Shown: in pieces, positions 41,901 to 55,500 of the stretch
Position numbering within the stretch: position 1 is the first letter of the stretch
Layout of the letters: each line of letters opens with the position of its first letter
Source of the DNA: Yuukianura sp. NJ FZ-2021
Taxonomy: Eukaryota
Reading direction: 5' to 3'
NCBI GenBank assembly: GCA_046563655.1
Contig: CM102283.1
Coordinates: forward strand, 1,550,001 to 1,614,000
Length of the DNA: 64,000 nucleotides
Translations under genes and position numbers: made by a program
The notes under the pieces: model-generated
Databases searched by the model: none
What the model was told of the DNA's origin: nothing
What the model saw: only the letters and a program-made list of their open reading frames with translations

Positions 41901-44900
41901 TGATCACACGCTGTTCACTGAGTACTTCAACGGATGTCCAGTTATTCATGTAGAAGGAAGAAAGTTTAACGTTGAAACTTATTTTCTGGAAGATATAATT
42001 GAAACGTTGCAGTTCACACCTTCTCCTGAATCGATCAGGTTAGACTTCTAGTACGATGAAAATGAATTCGAGGAAGCAGTTTTATCGAGTTTTTTTTTAG
42101 AACGGCAAGGAAGAGGAAGCAAGACGAGAAGGAAGTTAGTGCAGAAGAGCCCGCTGAAGAGAATCTTAACGTTCTTTCGGGAGATGGACAATACTCACCT
42201 GGAACTCAGCATTCGTTGAAACTTTTGAACGAACGAGAAATACACACGGAGTTAATCGAGGCAATCTTTGATCATATCAAGTCTCTGCAGATTCCTGGAG
42301 CAATTCTCGTTTTTCTTCCGGGATGGAACGTCATCTTTGCTATTATGCGCCACTTGCTAAGTCATCCAATTTATGGTTAGTTTGATCTTGTTTTAGGTTC
42401 CAATAGTGTTGAATTTTCCTGCCAAAACATTTGTTTTAATTAGTGAATTTTTGTGTGTTTTAGGATCCCAGTCTTATGTTATCATTCCACTTCACAGCCA
42501 ACTTCCGAGAGAAGATCAGCATCGCGTTTTTGACACAGTTCCGCCAAACGTGACGAAGGTAAGTTCTACATTAATTGACTAATATGTTCTCAGATGTTGT
42601 GATTTATTTGGTTTTCAATTGTTTAGATTATCCTGTCGACGAATATTGCAGAAACTTCGGTGACAATTGACGATGTTGTGTTTGTTGTGGACTCATGCAA
42701 GACCAAAGTGAAGCTGTTTACTTCACATAATAATATGACCACGTTCGTGCAAATGTGGGCGTCCAGAAGTAACTTGGTGCAGAGACGTGGGAGAGCTGGA
42801 CGTGTTCGCCCGGGATACTGCTACCATCTTTGTACAAAAGCGAGATTCAACGCGTTGGAAGAAAATATGACACCGGAAATATTTCGTACTCCGCTGCACG
42901 AAATTGCACTTGCGATCAAACTGCTTCGACTGGGTGGAATATCTCAGTTTCTAAGTAAAGCACCGGAGCCACCTCCACTGGTATGCAAAATCGGCATTGA
43001 GTAATTTGAAAAACTTTTTCAAATGTTTTTGAATTTCAGGATGCCGTAATTGAGGCACAAGCACTGCTATACGGTAAGAAAAACGACATGAATGTCTTTG
43101 GAGTAATTTTAAATTGTTCTTAATTTCATTACTGAACTGTAGAACTCAACTGCTTGAACCAAGAAGGTGACTTGACACACTTAGGAAAAATTTTGGCCAA
43201 GATGCCACTGGATCCTCGACTGGGAAAAATGATTGTCCTTGGAATTATTTTTGGTTGTGGAGATGCCATTGCGACGATTTCTGCCAATGCTTCTAACATG
43301 GGCGAAATATTTAGCTTGGGTATGAATTCAATTTTACTGAAATTGTGTCTTGATGATGAATATTTTTGAAACTTATTAAAAATTTGTCAGGTCCTGAGAA
43401 TCGGAAACTTCTGCCGCAACAACGTGGATTTGCGGCCAACACGAACTCGGACCACTTTGCTCTGCTAAACGCCATGCAGCAGTGGACCACCATTCGAAAC
43501 AGGAGAGGAGAGGATGCTGAGTATGAATTTTGCCAACAACGACAAGTGTCGCTGCCAACGTTGAGAATGACAGCTGATGCTAAAGTAAAAAAAATGAAAC
43601 TATGAAAAAATTTAAGACAAAAATTGATACATTATGTTTTAGAATCAATTGCTGCAAGTGGCAAGCTCTTGTGGATTTCCTGAAGAACAATTGCTTCCAT
43701 TGCATCTCGATTTTCGATCAAGGAATTCCACGCTGGATATTATTGCAGCCCTTCTCTGTTTTGGATTGTATCCAAACATTTTGTATCATATTGACAAACG
43801 AAAAGTAAGTTTATACTATGAAATGGTTATCACAATTCTTAATTAACTAACATAATTAATCAATTTCATGTTTGTTAGGTTCTCACAACAGAAGCAAAGC
43901 TGGCACTTGTTCACAAAGCTTCTGTCAACTGCTCCAGATTTGAAATTTCCTTTGCGTATCCGTTTTTTGCGTATGGAGAAAAGGCAAGTTTTCGAAAACT
44001 TAGCAAAGATAAACATAATTTTAACAACAAATGGAATTTTCTGAAAGTTTGCTCGATTTTTTAGATTCGGACACGAGCTATTGCTTGTAAACAGATGACT
44101 ATGATAACACCACTGCATATGCTGTTGTTTGGAGCCACAAAAGTGGAGTATGTGAATAACACTGTTCGATTGGATAACTGGTAGGTCAAGATTGGGGTTT
44201 CTAACTAATTATAGGTTTCGGACTAGCATGTTAATTGACTTAATCTTTTGCGATGATTGTTGAAGGATAAAGTTAGACATGGATCCAACTGAAGCGGCGG
44301 CGATAGTTGCTTTACGACCGGCCATTGAGAACTTGATTCTGGAAGCAACTGAAAATCCGGAAGCCTTTTTCCCAATGAGACCAGAAAATGAGCGACTTGT
44401 TTCGTTGATTGTCAATTTGAGTAGACTGGAGGCTCCCAAGTTTGGGGAAGATTTTGATTTGAACATGAGGAGAGAAGCTCCTAGAATGGACAATTATTAT
44501 CCTCCAGCACCAGAACCCCCGCGGGAGTTCGGAACTATCATGGAAGAAGACTACTCTGTTTCTTAGTAATTGGGTTTAACAAGTTTTCTCTAAGTTTGAT
44601 TTTGAGGAAGTAACGTTTTGTGTTTTTCCAGCACGGAGGAACAGGAATATGATAATGGCGGAAGTGCTGGGGTAAAACGAGATTTCGATGAAGCGGAGCT
44701 CGAGACTGATACCAGTTTCGTTTCACCCCCACCCAAGCGTGGGAATTTTTACGGAGGAAGAGGAGGTATGCTAGGTTCATTTTGAAGTTAAAGTTATGTA
44801 TATAGTTTTTGTTTGGATTTGACAACTGATCGTGAGTGTGATATTTTAGTCGGAGGCGGAGGAGCGGGTCGAGGATTCTCTCAGGGCTTTACAAACACCC

Positions 44901-45229
44901 GACCTTCTGGATTTGGACAAAACCGTGGATTCAGTTCTCCGCGGCCCTTCGGACAACGAAGTGGACAAGCACGTTTCGGTTCTGGAGGTGGATTCAGAAG
45001 TCCACGACCCCCGCGACCTCAAAATACCTTCGGGAGCAATACGTTTAGCAGAGGGTATCAGGGCGGTGGTGGATTCAATTCTGCTGGGAGAGGAGATCAG
45101 GGTGGACGTCATCGCTTTTTCTCAACGAACCGCGGTGGCTGGAGTGCCAGAGGTGGAGCATCCAGGGGAAGTTTCAGTTCCAGTCCTCGGGGAACTATGC
45201 GACCTCAACGATACAACTATCCATATTGA
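38906..45229 (+). CDS. DHX9: RNA helicase A / maleless (DExH helicase with two dsRBDs and RG-rich tail)
   Basis: dsRBD1 ([19 protein letters not shown]), [15 protein letters not shown], dsRBD2 ([16 protein letters not shown]), [44 protein letters not shown]2/OB region and Gly/Arg-rich C-terminus. Confidence 0.97.
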
Positions 45230-45870
45230 GTATCGTTAGGCAAATTTTAGATTACTTGAACTGTTCAGTTGGAATTTAACATTTCTTGGGAAAAGACGGA
45301 TGACTTTTTATAGTGATTATGGATTTATTTATGATGTATTTAATCAATTATACTTTTAATTAGCAATTAAGCTCTGTTGATTTTATTTTGCTTTATTACA
45401 GCAAATAAATTACCTAAAAACTTTTCCTAAGTTTTTGAATAACTGGAAAAAGTGACTTGATTTCCTCCGTTTCATCTTGGCACTCTTCCTTTAAAGTCCT
45501 AACGTTAGTTAGTTTAGTTAATCAGTCCTTTAGCTCATGTTTATTTATTTATGATTGATTAATTGACTAGGATTAATTGACTAAACTTACAGTACTAGGT
45601 TAGTGTACGAATACTCAAGCAGTGGGAAGGGGAACCGTGAGACTACGGTCGGAATCCGAGAATCCGACCGTCGGATTAGGATTCAGTTTGTTTTTAATGC
45701 TGAGACGAGCTACAGCTGTTCAGCTGGCTTCTGTTTTGGAATTGGAATTTAATTAGTGTTAGATTAGATAGTCCATTCCAACCATTTTGTGATTAATTAT
45801 TACTTACTTTACTTATTAAGAAACACAACTTTATAAAGGTCATAAATGTTAATTGAACAGTAGAAATAGA

Positions 45871-48800
45871 ATGGCCCGGAAGAGTATTCGAAAATCCTAC
45901 CGTTCCAAACCGAGATGTGCCAACTGTAATTCAATTTGTTTCAATGAACGATCGTTCTCAAGCGCTTTACCTCGGCTACCTCAATCGTTTGAACCTCCAG
46001 TGACGAAAGGAAAAGGGGATATCACGGTAAGTTAATCTTTGAAATCCCAAAATTAGCAGGATTTTCAATTTGGATCAAACCTAGCATTGCTTGGCAAGCA
46101 AAAGTAACCCTCATGTCATGTCATGTCCAAGGAACGATTCGAATGGAATGTAGTTCGGTAATTAATTAGACGTTTTATTTATTAGGAAGCTGGAGATGCA
46201 CCACAGTGGAGTAACGGGAACCTGGACATGGAGTTACTGCTGGATAAAAAACCCCAACTTGAAGTCGAGGAGGATGGGACAGTACGTACTAAAATGGATG
46301 AAGACGAATATGACAACAATGAATCAATCAGCATTCTAGATGCCTTACTGAAGATCTTTCGATTCCATTGGAAATGCCAGAAACGTCTGCTCATGTCAAC
46401 CAAGATGGAGCAGGATATGCTGACAATCTGTACCCATTGTGCCTACTCACTTTCCAAAATGTATGATGGCTATACCAGCTTCACCGAATCCACTCTGGAA
46501 GCAGGAGGGAAATCGTATCTGTCCTCGTTGATTTTTCCACGTAACGGTCACAAAAATCGTCCAGAGAAAGAAAAGTTTAGAAAGAAATCAAGGCGGATCG
46601 ATGAGTCGGATGAAGACACCGACATTGCTTTGGGGACAATAAAAACATCATTTACTGGCGATTTGAAGGAACTCGCTGCTTGCAAAGTTGAAGTAACAAA
46701 ATTAACCTTCGAAAGCGCTTCAGCTCTTGCAGAAGCAAATGATTCTACTCTTTGCATTCCAGGTACTACTACTAAACATCATTTACTTACTTAAACAAGG
46801 TAACTTCAAGAAGAATTTACTGAGGTTTCTATTTCTATTCCAGAACACATGACCCTGTTTGGACTTGAAACGACCAAGGAGGAAGTATATCCGTCATGGG
46901 ACGACGTCGAAGATGAAGACAAGTATGTTCTATCAATGGTCAACACTGACACTGATCCTCTCAAAGAGAGTACTACTAGTAAATACTTTACAAGATCGAC
47001 TCTCAGCAGTACCTCTACTTCTTCTCTTCGTCCACAACGAAGACGGCGTCGAACAAGCCCTGCATTATTGCTGGATAAGAAGCCAAGGCGGCCCAGGGGA
47101 GTCCCGTCCAACGTAACCGAGTGTCATCATTGTGGGAAGCAGCTAAGGACAAACGTGCTACTGAGACAACACATGCAGGTTTACCATCAAGAGAATTACA
47201 ACTGCCAGTATTGTTCCGAACGACATAGTGACCGGAAGGAGCTCAAGGAACATTTGAATCTCTGTCACGACGATGAGAAGACGGAACAGTGTAAGATATG
47301 TTCCAGGAAATATTTTACGAGACTTGAGCTCAAGAAACATGGACGTATTCATTTGAATCGCCAGAGTGTCACTTGCAGCATTTGCAACGGAACATTCCCG
47401 TCCGACAGGCACTTGAAGGCTCATCAGCTGACTCACGTAAGTTGACCATTCTTTATAGTATACACTTCAACCATCTAGAAAACTTACGATTAATGATAAC
47501 TTTGATGACTAATTTGCTTACGGTTGACTTTAATTAATCTTACAGACTGAAGGACAACCTGAGTTGCCGATTTTCGTCTGTCCAGTCGAAGACTGTAACA
47601 AGCGCTACACGAGGGCTCAGTTTCTCAACAACCATATCCGGTATTTACATGATCGTCGAGGCTTATTTGCTTGCACGTTTCCTGGATGTGAGAAGTCATT
47701 TGGAACAGAAAGTTATCTCAATGCTCATATCGTTTCACACGAATCCACTGGAACTCATCTCTGTGAACTTTGTGGTAAGAACTACAAGCACAAGAAGGAC
47801 TTACGAATTCATGAACAACGAAATCATTCCCAAGTATCCAACAAAGAGGAGCTAAAGGAGTTCAAGTGTGGAGTTTGTCCCAAACGCTACTTCCGTGCTG
47901 ATCATCTGAGGACTCATCGTGTCAAGGCCAATCACTACGTCGGTGGACAAGAACCTGCCCTACCCGATGTTGATTTATTGTCTGTCAATGTTCCACATGA
48001 ATTCAAATGTTCTACTTGCTACAAACTGTTTGTGAGTGACATGGCACTGAAGACTCACGAACAGACTCATGTTGACAACGAAGATGAAGCTGATGGACGA
48101 AAGTTTTCTTGTTCCGAATGTAACCAAAAGTACACAAGTATGAAAACATTAGAGTATCACAAGAGATACATGCATCAGCTCAAAGGTTAGTTCAACTCAA
48201 ATAATCTAAATTGTAGTTATAACGAATTACTTAAGTTTTTAATCAACTACCGATATGTTTTTGCTTATTTTAGGTTCGTACTCGTGTACAATTTGTCCAA
48301 AGTCGTTTGGGAGAGTAAGCTCACTAAAGAGGCATTTGTCCGTTCATTCCAACACACAGCACATTTGCGGTAAGTGGCATCGGACAAATCGTTGACGTTT
48401 GATTAAAAATTTAACTGCACATAAATCGAATGTAATTTAACTAAAATTGGCTTTGAATTTACAGGAGACTGCAATAAGCGATACAAGAACAAGCACGACC
48501 TAATGCACCACTACCGAAGAGAGCACGTCCTCACAGAGATGAACTACGAACACGAGTGTGGTTGTGGAAAACGATTTTATAGAAGAGACATGCTCAGAGC
48601 ACACGTCGTCAAGACTGGTCACGTCGCTGCAAAAAGACGAATCGAAAAAACTAAGGTAGAAGGCCAGCCTCCAGAAAACGCAGAAGTGTCTGTCTACGTT
48701 ATGGAGTCCAGTGAATTCCTGGAAGAAGAAGTTGAAATGGAGGGTGAAGATGGAAGTCAAGAAACTGAAGTGATCATGGAGGACCAACAGAGTGCTGGAG

Positions 48801-49027
48801 AGATGCTGGAAGAACTGGATCAGGTCCACGAGCACCAGCACATTGTTCATGAGGGTCTACGGTTAGACGATATTGTTGAGATTACTGGGGAGGATGCTGA
48901 AGGAACGATAGCACATATGGTATTGGTCAATGCCGATGGTGGTACGGACGTTATAGCTGTCGTGGCTCAGGAAAACGGTGAAATCGACCCACGGTCTTTG
49001 GCCATGTACAATTTACAACTAATTTAA
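45871..49027 (+). CDS. Multi-C2H2 zinc-finger transcription factor with N-terminal ZAD-like Cys pairs
   Basis: N-terminal CANC...ICTHC and more than 10 C2H2 fingers (e.g. CHHCGKQLRTNVLLRQHMQVYH, CTFPGCEKSFGTESYLNAHIVSH), followed by an acidic tail. Confidence 0.9.
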
Positions 49028-49543
49028 CATGACGTGAATCCTGCTGATATAATGTCAGTCCATTTATTTCCAGCTGACCTCTATGTTGTTGATGTATCAA
49101 GCAGTACTAAAAGACAAAGTATTAAAAATTAAGGTAAACATAAGTATGTAGTAAGTGTAGCAAGTAAATCCAGAAGTTTCTAAAATAGTTAGCAAACTAT
49201 ATGTTTTCTGAATTAAGATTGTAAGAATTTATTAATCATACCTGGATTAATAATAATTAATTGATAATCGTTAGTGACAATACTAAAATTAGTTTCGCCT
49301 CAACATCAGTAACTATTAGTTAACGATCGTCAGCAGCACTCTTAATTACCTTTCGACAGCAGCACTATTAATTAACGATTCCGTACCCGTTCCATTCCAA
49401 AAAAAATGCTGCAAAAGTTATAGTTTCGAGGCGTAAGGAGGTATAAGGCGACTTATTTCTGAATTCAAATACTAGAGAGCATCGGTTTATCTGAAGACTG
49501 TTGGGCAGTATTGGTAGTAAAGCACACTTTGCACAGGACCATT

Positions 49544-52500
49544 TTAAAACGTTTCTGAATCACAAGCTTCAGCTGAGTGTCCAAATACTAAAAAAGAAAA
49601 AAAAGGTTAGTTAACTTGTTAAAATTTTGTTTTTCAACTTTTCAAATTTTTCAAACTGATTTCTTTTTGAAAGTTTTTTACCTTCACATGATGTACAATA
49701 GGGCCGACTTTCGCCACGACGTGCGTGATGACGACTGTTAATTTCTTGAGCATCGTTGGATTGTGTTGGACAATCGCCCGTGTCATGACGATCAAACTCC
49801 TGGCAAATATCGCAGTAGAGACGAGAGTTAGCTATTCCTCCCACGAGCAAGGCACCGCTGGATCCAGACCCTAATCCTATGTCGTCAAGTGCGTTCCTTT
49901 TTTCAAAAAATTTTCAAAAAAATTAAAAATTTCGAATTTTCAAAATTCACCGTCACTAAAACGTCGCTACTTCCTACGCCGCCAGTGCCGGTACAATGCA
50001 TGTTTTTTTGAAATCACAATAATTACCTATATCTAACACGACGCTTAGGATTTCCTCCACCCATCAAAATGTCCAATCGTTCCTTCAGCTCTTCGTTTTC
50101 CCTATTAAGGCTGTTGATAACCGAATTGAGAAAGTTGACTTTTTGGCGCTCCTCGGGCGTACATGGCCCCTCTTGTGCCAGTTTCTTTCCAAAGTCATCA
50201 TCGTATGTGCGAGGAAGTTGGGATGGAGGAACCCCTGCAGCTTCCATGGCTTCGGTCAGTTTTGCTTCCAGTACTGCCCGTTGCTTTACTTCTCCTTCAA
50301 CGTTCCGCTGCAAAAAACTTGCCATATCATAAGAATCGAGCTTCTCGCGTGTTTGAACTGCATCTGCAAGTTGTTTCGTGAGAAAATCTTTTCTTCTTTG
50401 CATTTCAGCAAACTTGAGTTCCAGTTGCGACAATTTTTCATTGGCTGTACATGCTGCTCGCTGCATCTCTCTCTCCCGTTCGGTAGATCGTTCAAACTCA
50501 TCTCTCATTTTGTCTAGCATTTTCTCATAATCACAGTACATTGAATAAGACGATTCGTCACACTTTGTAAGTTCGGCTACATGCTCCTGTTGAATCTTTT
50601 CCATTTGCTGTGTGAACTGAACGATTTGCTCTGCGTTTTTACGAACAAGTTCCTCCTTCTGAGACTCCAATGCTTTAATTTTGGCATCCGCACCGTCAGT
50701 ATTTGATTCCAAACGTTTCAGCGTCGTCTCCAATTCAGCGATTTTCTCTTCCTGTTCTTTCGAAATTCTTAACTTCTCTTCTGCCAGTTGAGAAGCGACA
50801 TCTTTTGATTTGGCAAGATCTGACTGTAGCTCAGGAATCATCGAAGAAGTTTTCTCGAGTGCCGTTGTCTTCTCCGTAAGCTTTTCACCTAACTCTTTAG
50901 CTTCGTTTTCTGCAACAGTCAGCTTTTCTTTCAAAATTTGCACAGTCCGATTTGCATCTTCAAGCAAACAGCTCTTCTCATCCAGGCCGCCTTGCGCTGA
51001 TTCTCGAAACTTCGCTAAAGTGGTCTCCACTTCCAATTTTTCAGCTTGAAGTTTTTCCAATTCTGTTTTCAATTTGGCAGAAGTCGAGTCGTGATCAATC
51101 ACACTTTGGCGTAGTTCAGTCAGTTCGGCGTTCAATCCATCAGTCATTGATTTCGCCTTTTCAAGAGCCGATTTCATCGATTCCATTTCTGCTCGACAGT
51201 CTTCTTGCGATTTCGAGTTTTCGGTGGCAATTGCTTCTTTCTCTGCTAAGGTTTTTGCAATTATGGCTTCAAGTTCCACTTTTTCAGCTTGAAATTTTTG
51301 CATCTGAGACTCCAGTTTAACAGTATTGGCATCATGTTCAATCAAACGTTCGCGCAACTGGACGAGTTCGGCATTCAATCCTGCAGTCATCGATTTTGCA
51401 CCTTCTTCTGCCAATTGCATAGAGTCAATTTCAGCTCGAGATTCTTCTAACTTCTTCTTCAATTCTTCCACTGTAGTCTCGTAATTGGAAATTACGTGAG
51501 AAAGTTCTTCATTTTTGACAAACATTTCCGCCTTTTCCTTTTGAATCTTCTCCATCTCCTTCGCAGACAGAGTGACTTGCTCTGCGTTTTTGCGAAGAAG
51601 CTCCTCTTGCTGAGACTCCAATTCTTTGACTTTGGCATCCGAACGGGCAGCATTTGACTCCAGAAGTTTCAGCGTCGTCTCCAATTCAGCGATTTTCTCT
51701 TCCAGTTCCTTCGAAATTCTTAACTTCTCTTGCACCAGTTGAGCAGCAGCATCTTTTGATTTGGCAAGATCTGACTGTAGCTCAGGAATCATGGAAGAAG
51801 TTTTCTCCAATGCAGTTGTCTTCTCCGTAAGTTTTTCAGCTAAATCCTTCGCCTCGCCTTCTGCAACAGTCAGCCTTTCTTTCAAAATTTGCACAGAGCG
51901 ATTTGCATCTTCAAGCAAACAGCTCTTCTCATCCAGGCCGCCTTGCGCTGATTCTCGAAACTTTGCTAACGTCGTCTCCACTTCCAATTTTTCCGCATTA
52001 AGTTTTTCCATTTTTGATTCCAGTTTAACAGTATTGGCATTATGGTCAATCAAACTTTCGCGCAACTGGACCAGTTCGGCATTCAATCCTGTAGTCATCG
52101 ATTTTAAATCTTCTTCGGCCAATTGCATAGAGTCAATTTCTGCTCGAGATTCTTCTAACTTCTTCTTCATGTCTTCCAATGTAGCTTCGTAATTTGAAAT
52201 GACGCGAGACATTTCTTCATTTTTGGCAAGCAGGTCCGTTTTTTCCTTTTGAATCTTCTCCATCTCCATCGCTGACAGAGCGACTTGCTCTGCGTTTTTA
52301 GAAAGAAGCTCCTCCTGCTTAGACTCAAATTCTTTGATTCTGGCATCCGAACCGGCAGTATTAGATTCCACAAGTTTCAGCGTCATCTCCAATTCAGCGT
52401 TTTTCTCTTCCAGTTCCTTCGAAATTCTTAACTTCTCTTCTGTCAGTTGAGCAGCGACATCTTTTGATTTGGCAAGATCTGACTGTAGCTCGGGAATCAT

Positions 52501-55500
52501 CGAAGACGTTTTCTCTAACGCAGTTTTCTTCTCCGTAAGTTTTTCCCCTAACTCCTTCGCTTCGTTTTCTGCAATTGCCAACTTTTCTTTCAAAATTTGC
52601 ACAGAGCGATTGGCATCTTCAAGTAAGCAGCTCTTTTCATCCAGACCGCCTTGCGCTGATTCTCGAAACGTCGCTAAAGTCGTCTCCGCTTCCAATTTTT
52701 CAGCTTGAAGTTTTTCCATTTCTGTTTTCAATTTGGCAGTAGTCGAGTCATGGTCAATCACTTTTTGGCGTAGTTCAGTCAGTTCGGCGTTCAATTCTTC
52801 AGTCATTGATTTGGCTTTTTCGAAAGCCAATTGCATAGATTCAATTTCCGCTCGACAGACTTCTTGCAGTTTCTCATTTTCGATGACAATTGTCTCCTTT
52901 TCTTCAGTAGTTTTCGTAATTATTGCCTTAAGTTCCAGTATTTCTACTTCTTTTTGGTTAGTTTGCTCGATTATTATAGTTTGACTAGACTTTAGTTGAC
53001 CTTCCAACTCCGCAGTCCTTTCAGCCATCTTCACCAACTCCGATTCTTTCGCCTTCAGCTCAGCTCGAAGCGATTCCTGCACATTGAGCAAGATTAGCTG
53101 AGAGTCTGACGACTCTTTTCGGAGTTGGACTTTTAAATTGTCAATTTGACTTTTGTACTTTTGTTCATACTCACTTAGAGAAGAGTCCTTGAGAGCTGAC
53201 ATGGCAGTGAGCTGCTCTAAGGCCGATTTAAGCTCCTCCTCCAACTCCTCCTTCGAAATCTGCATTTCTTTCATTTCAAATTCAATTTTGCCTCGGTATT
53301 CTGCAAGGTTGGCTTCCTTAGCTGCACTGTCTTCCAGCTTCATCGTCAATTCTTTCAATTCGGTCCGGAGTGTTTGAACTTCTGATTGTGCTGCGGTGAG
53401 CTGCTTGATTTGGTCTGCATTTGCTGAGAGTTCAGCTCGAAGGCGAACAGTCTCAGCCTCTGCTGCTTGTAATTTTTGCGTTGTGTCTTCATGAGCAACG
53501 AGTGCAGCTTGAGCCTTCTCCAGTTCTGCCTTGAGTGAAATCAACTCACGATCAAGTTTCGACTGGGCCACGGTTCTTTCCAACACTTCGGCACTGAGTC
53601 GTGTCACTTCTTCATCTCGACTCTCGTGACCCGTAATCTGTGACTGGAGATCATTGTGATAAATCTTCTCCTCTTCGTAAGAAAACTGAAGGTCATCTAG
53701 CTTCCGTGTGAGATCATCGATTCTAGCAACCAGAGCGTCGTTTGCTGCCTTTTGAACTTTGGCTTCTTCTTTGTACCGCTCAACATCAGCTCGCAGAGCT
53801 TCAGCGGCCTTCACAAAAAATCAAAAAACTTTCGGTTAGGTATTATTTAAAAAATAAAACTTTCGTTTTCCAAATTTGTTCATTTTTGTACCTGATCAAT
53901 CGGAGCCGGTTGTTGACTTTTTTGAGCAAGAAGTTTATTGAGTTGCACCAATTCCTGTCGATCAATTTCCTTTTCCTGCATCAGCTGATCCAAGTGAATC
54001 TCCATCTCTCTCATTGCGGACTTTTAACCAAAACGATTTTCATTTAGCACGGTATGAATACATGAATTTTGTAAAAATCAGTCAACAAATCTAATTCGTC
54101 AAGCTGACGACTGGGTCAAGGTCACCTAATTGCTAATTTCATTCGAAACACTTCCGGTTTCTATTCTATTTTGGTTTATTTATTTGCTTATTATCTTTAA
54201 TTACGGGTATCATTTTGTATTTTATTTTCAAAAGATGAAAATAAAGATTAATAAAAGATTTCCAAGAAAAGCTGCATTCCGGCTCCAACTGCAACTCGAG
54301 CGCTCACTGAATACTGAAAGGTCACTCATCGCTCCACTCACGAGAATCTTTAAAAGTAGTCGCTATCGGTGGATCGTTCCTAAAATTTATCACAATTGAC
54401 CGAATTCTACTTCTTACACAAGCGTTCGGTCTAATGCTTAATACTGGCCACATTTATCATTTGGAGACATGTACTTTGTTAACATTCTACAAATGCGTTT
54501 GTTATTCGTTAGCAATGACGTTTGACCTTGACCCCAGCCGACACTTTGCGTGTTAGACTATGTGACACAGAGTAAGCAATAATTTCAACCTGGAGGCCAC
54601 AAGTAGGTAAGCATTTGCTGTTAGTCTGTCCCAAGGACGGTGGAGGTGGAGGTAGCTTCTACAAGTATCGATCCATCAATTAAAATGCATGTAAACATAC
54701 AAATCTAATTTCAAATCACATTCTGCATGTAGTGCTTACACGAACGCTGCGAACGTTGCGTGACGCTGATGACATGACGCTGGAGAGGTTAGAGGCCAGT
54801 GATTCCTTAGATCCGAATCGTCTGATGGACGAAGGTGGACGTTTATTTGCAGGAGAGCTGCTCACTTTTGATACTGGAGCGAAAAGGCCAAACTTCGGAG
54901 CACATGAGAAGTATCTGCGAATAAAAAAATTTGGAAATTCAAAATAACGAAAAAATTATGAACAACTACCATTCAAAAAGTCTTTTTGCCTTTTTTGTTG
55001 TCTATTACCTTTTGCCTTGTACCGATCCATCGTTTTTTCCTGAAATTTTCAAAAGCAAAAGTCATTCCATAATCATCAAAAGTTTAGAACTAAAAAATTC
55101 AAATGTAAACAATGTCTGACCTTGAGGTTGATCCAACTCGATTCCCGCCCATTCTCCTTCAGCAAATTCCGTCGTACCGAGGTATCGCAGGACTCCTCTC
55201 TTTGTTCCACTCGTAGAACTTTGGACAATAACACGATCTCCTAACTTGAGAGCAGCTCCAGGAGACAGTGTCGGACTTCCAACACGATACTGTGCTGGTG
55301 TCGTCATTCCAGGACTGGTCGGAGTCACGCCAAAGGGAGACGGTGACCGTTGTCTCTCTACGAGACACCGCGGCGGTGTAGCTCCATGTACTTCGCATAG
55401 TTTCGATGGGTCAATTGGAATTAGCGGTTGACGAGACAAACGAGTTAGTTTAGTAAACATTCCATGGAGTTGGTCGCACTGAAAATATCGAACTCCGGAG

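Noticed and set aside
45644-45670. 9-bp inverted repeat ACGGTCGGA...TCCGACCGT upstream of the zinc-finger gene
   Set aside because: A single short palindrome; not enough to call a regulatory site or RNA gene.
50069-53377. Plus-strand ORFs antisense to CLIP-190
   Set aside because: Shadow frames of the repetitive coiled-coil coding sequence.
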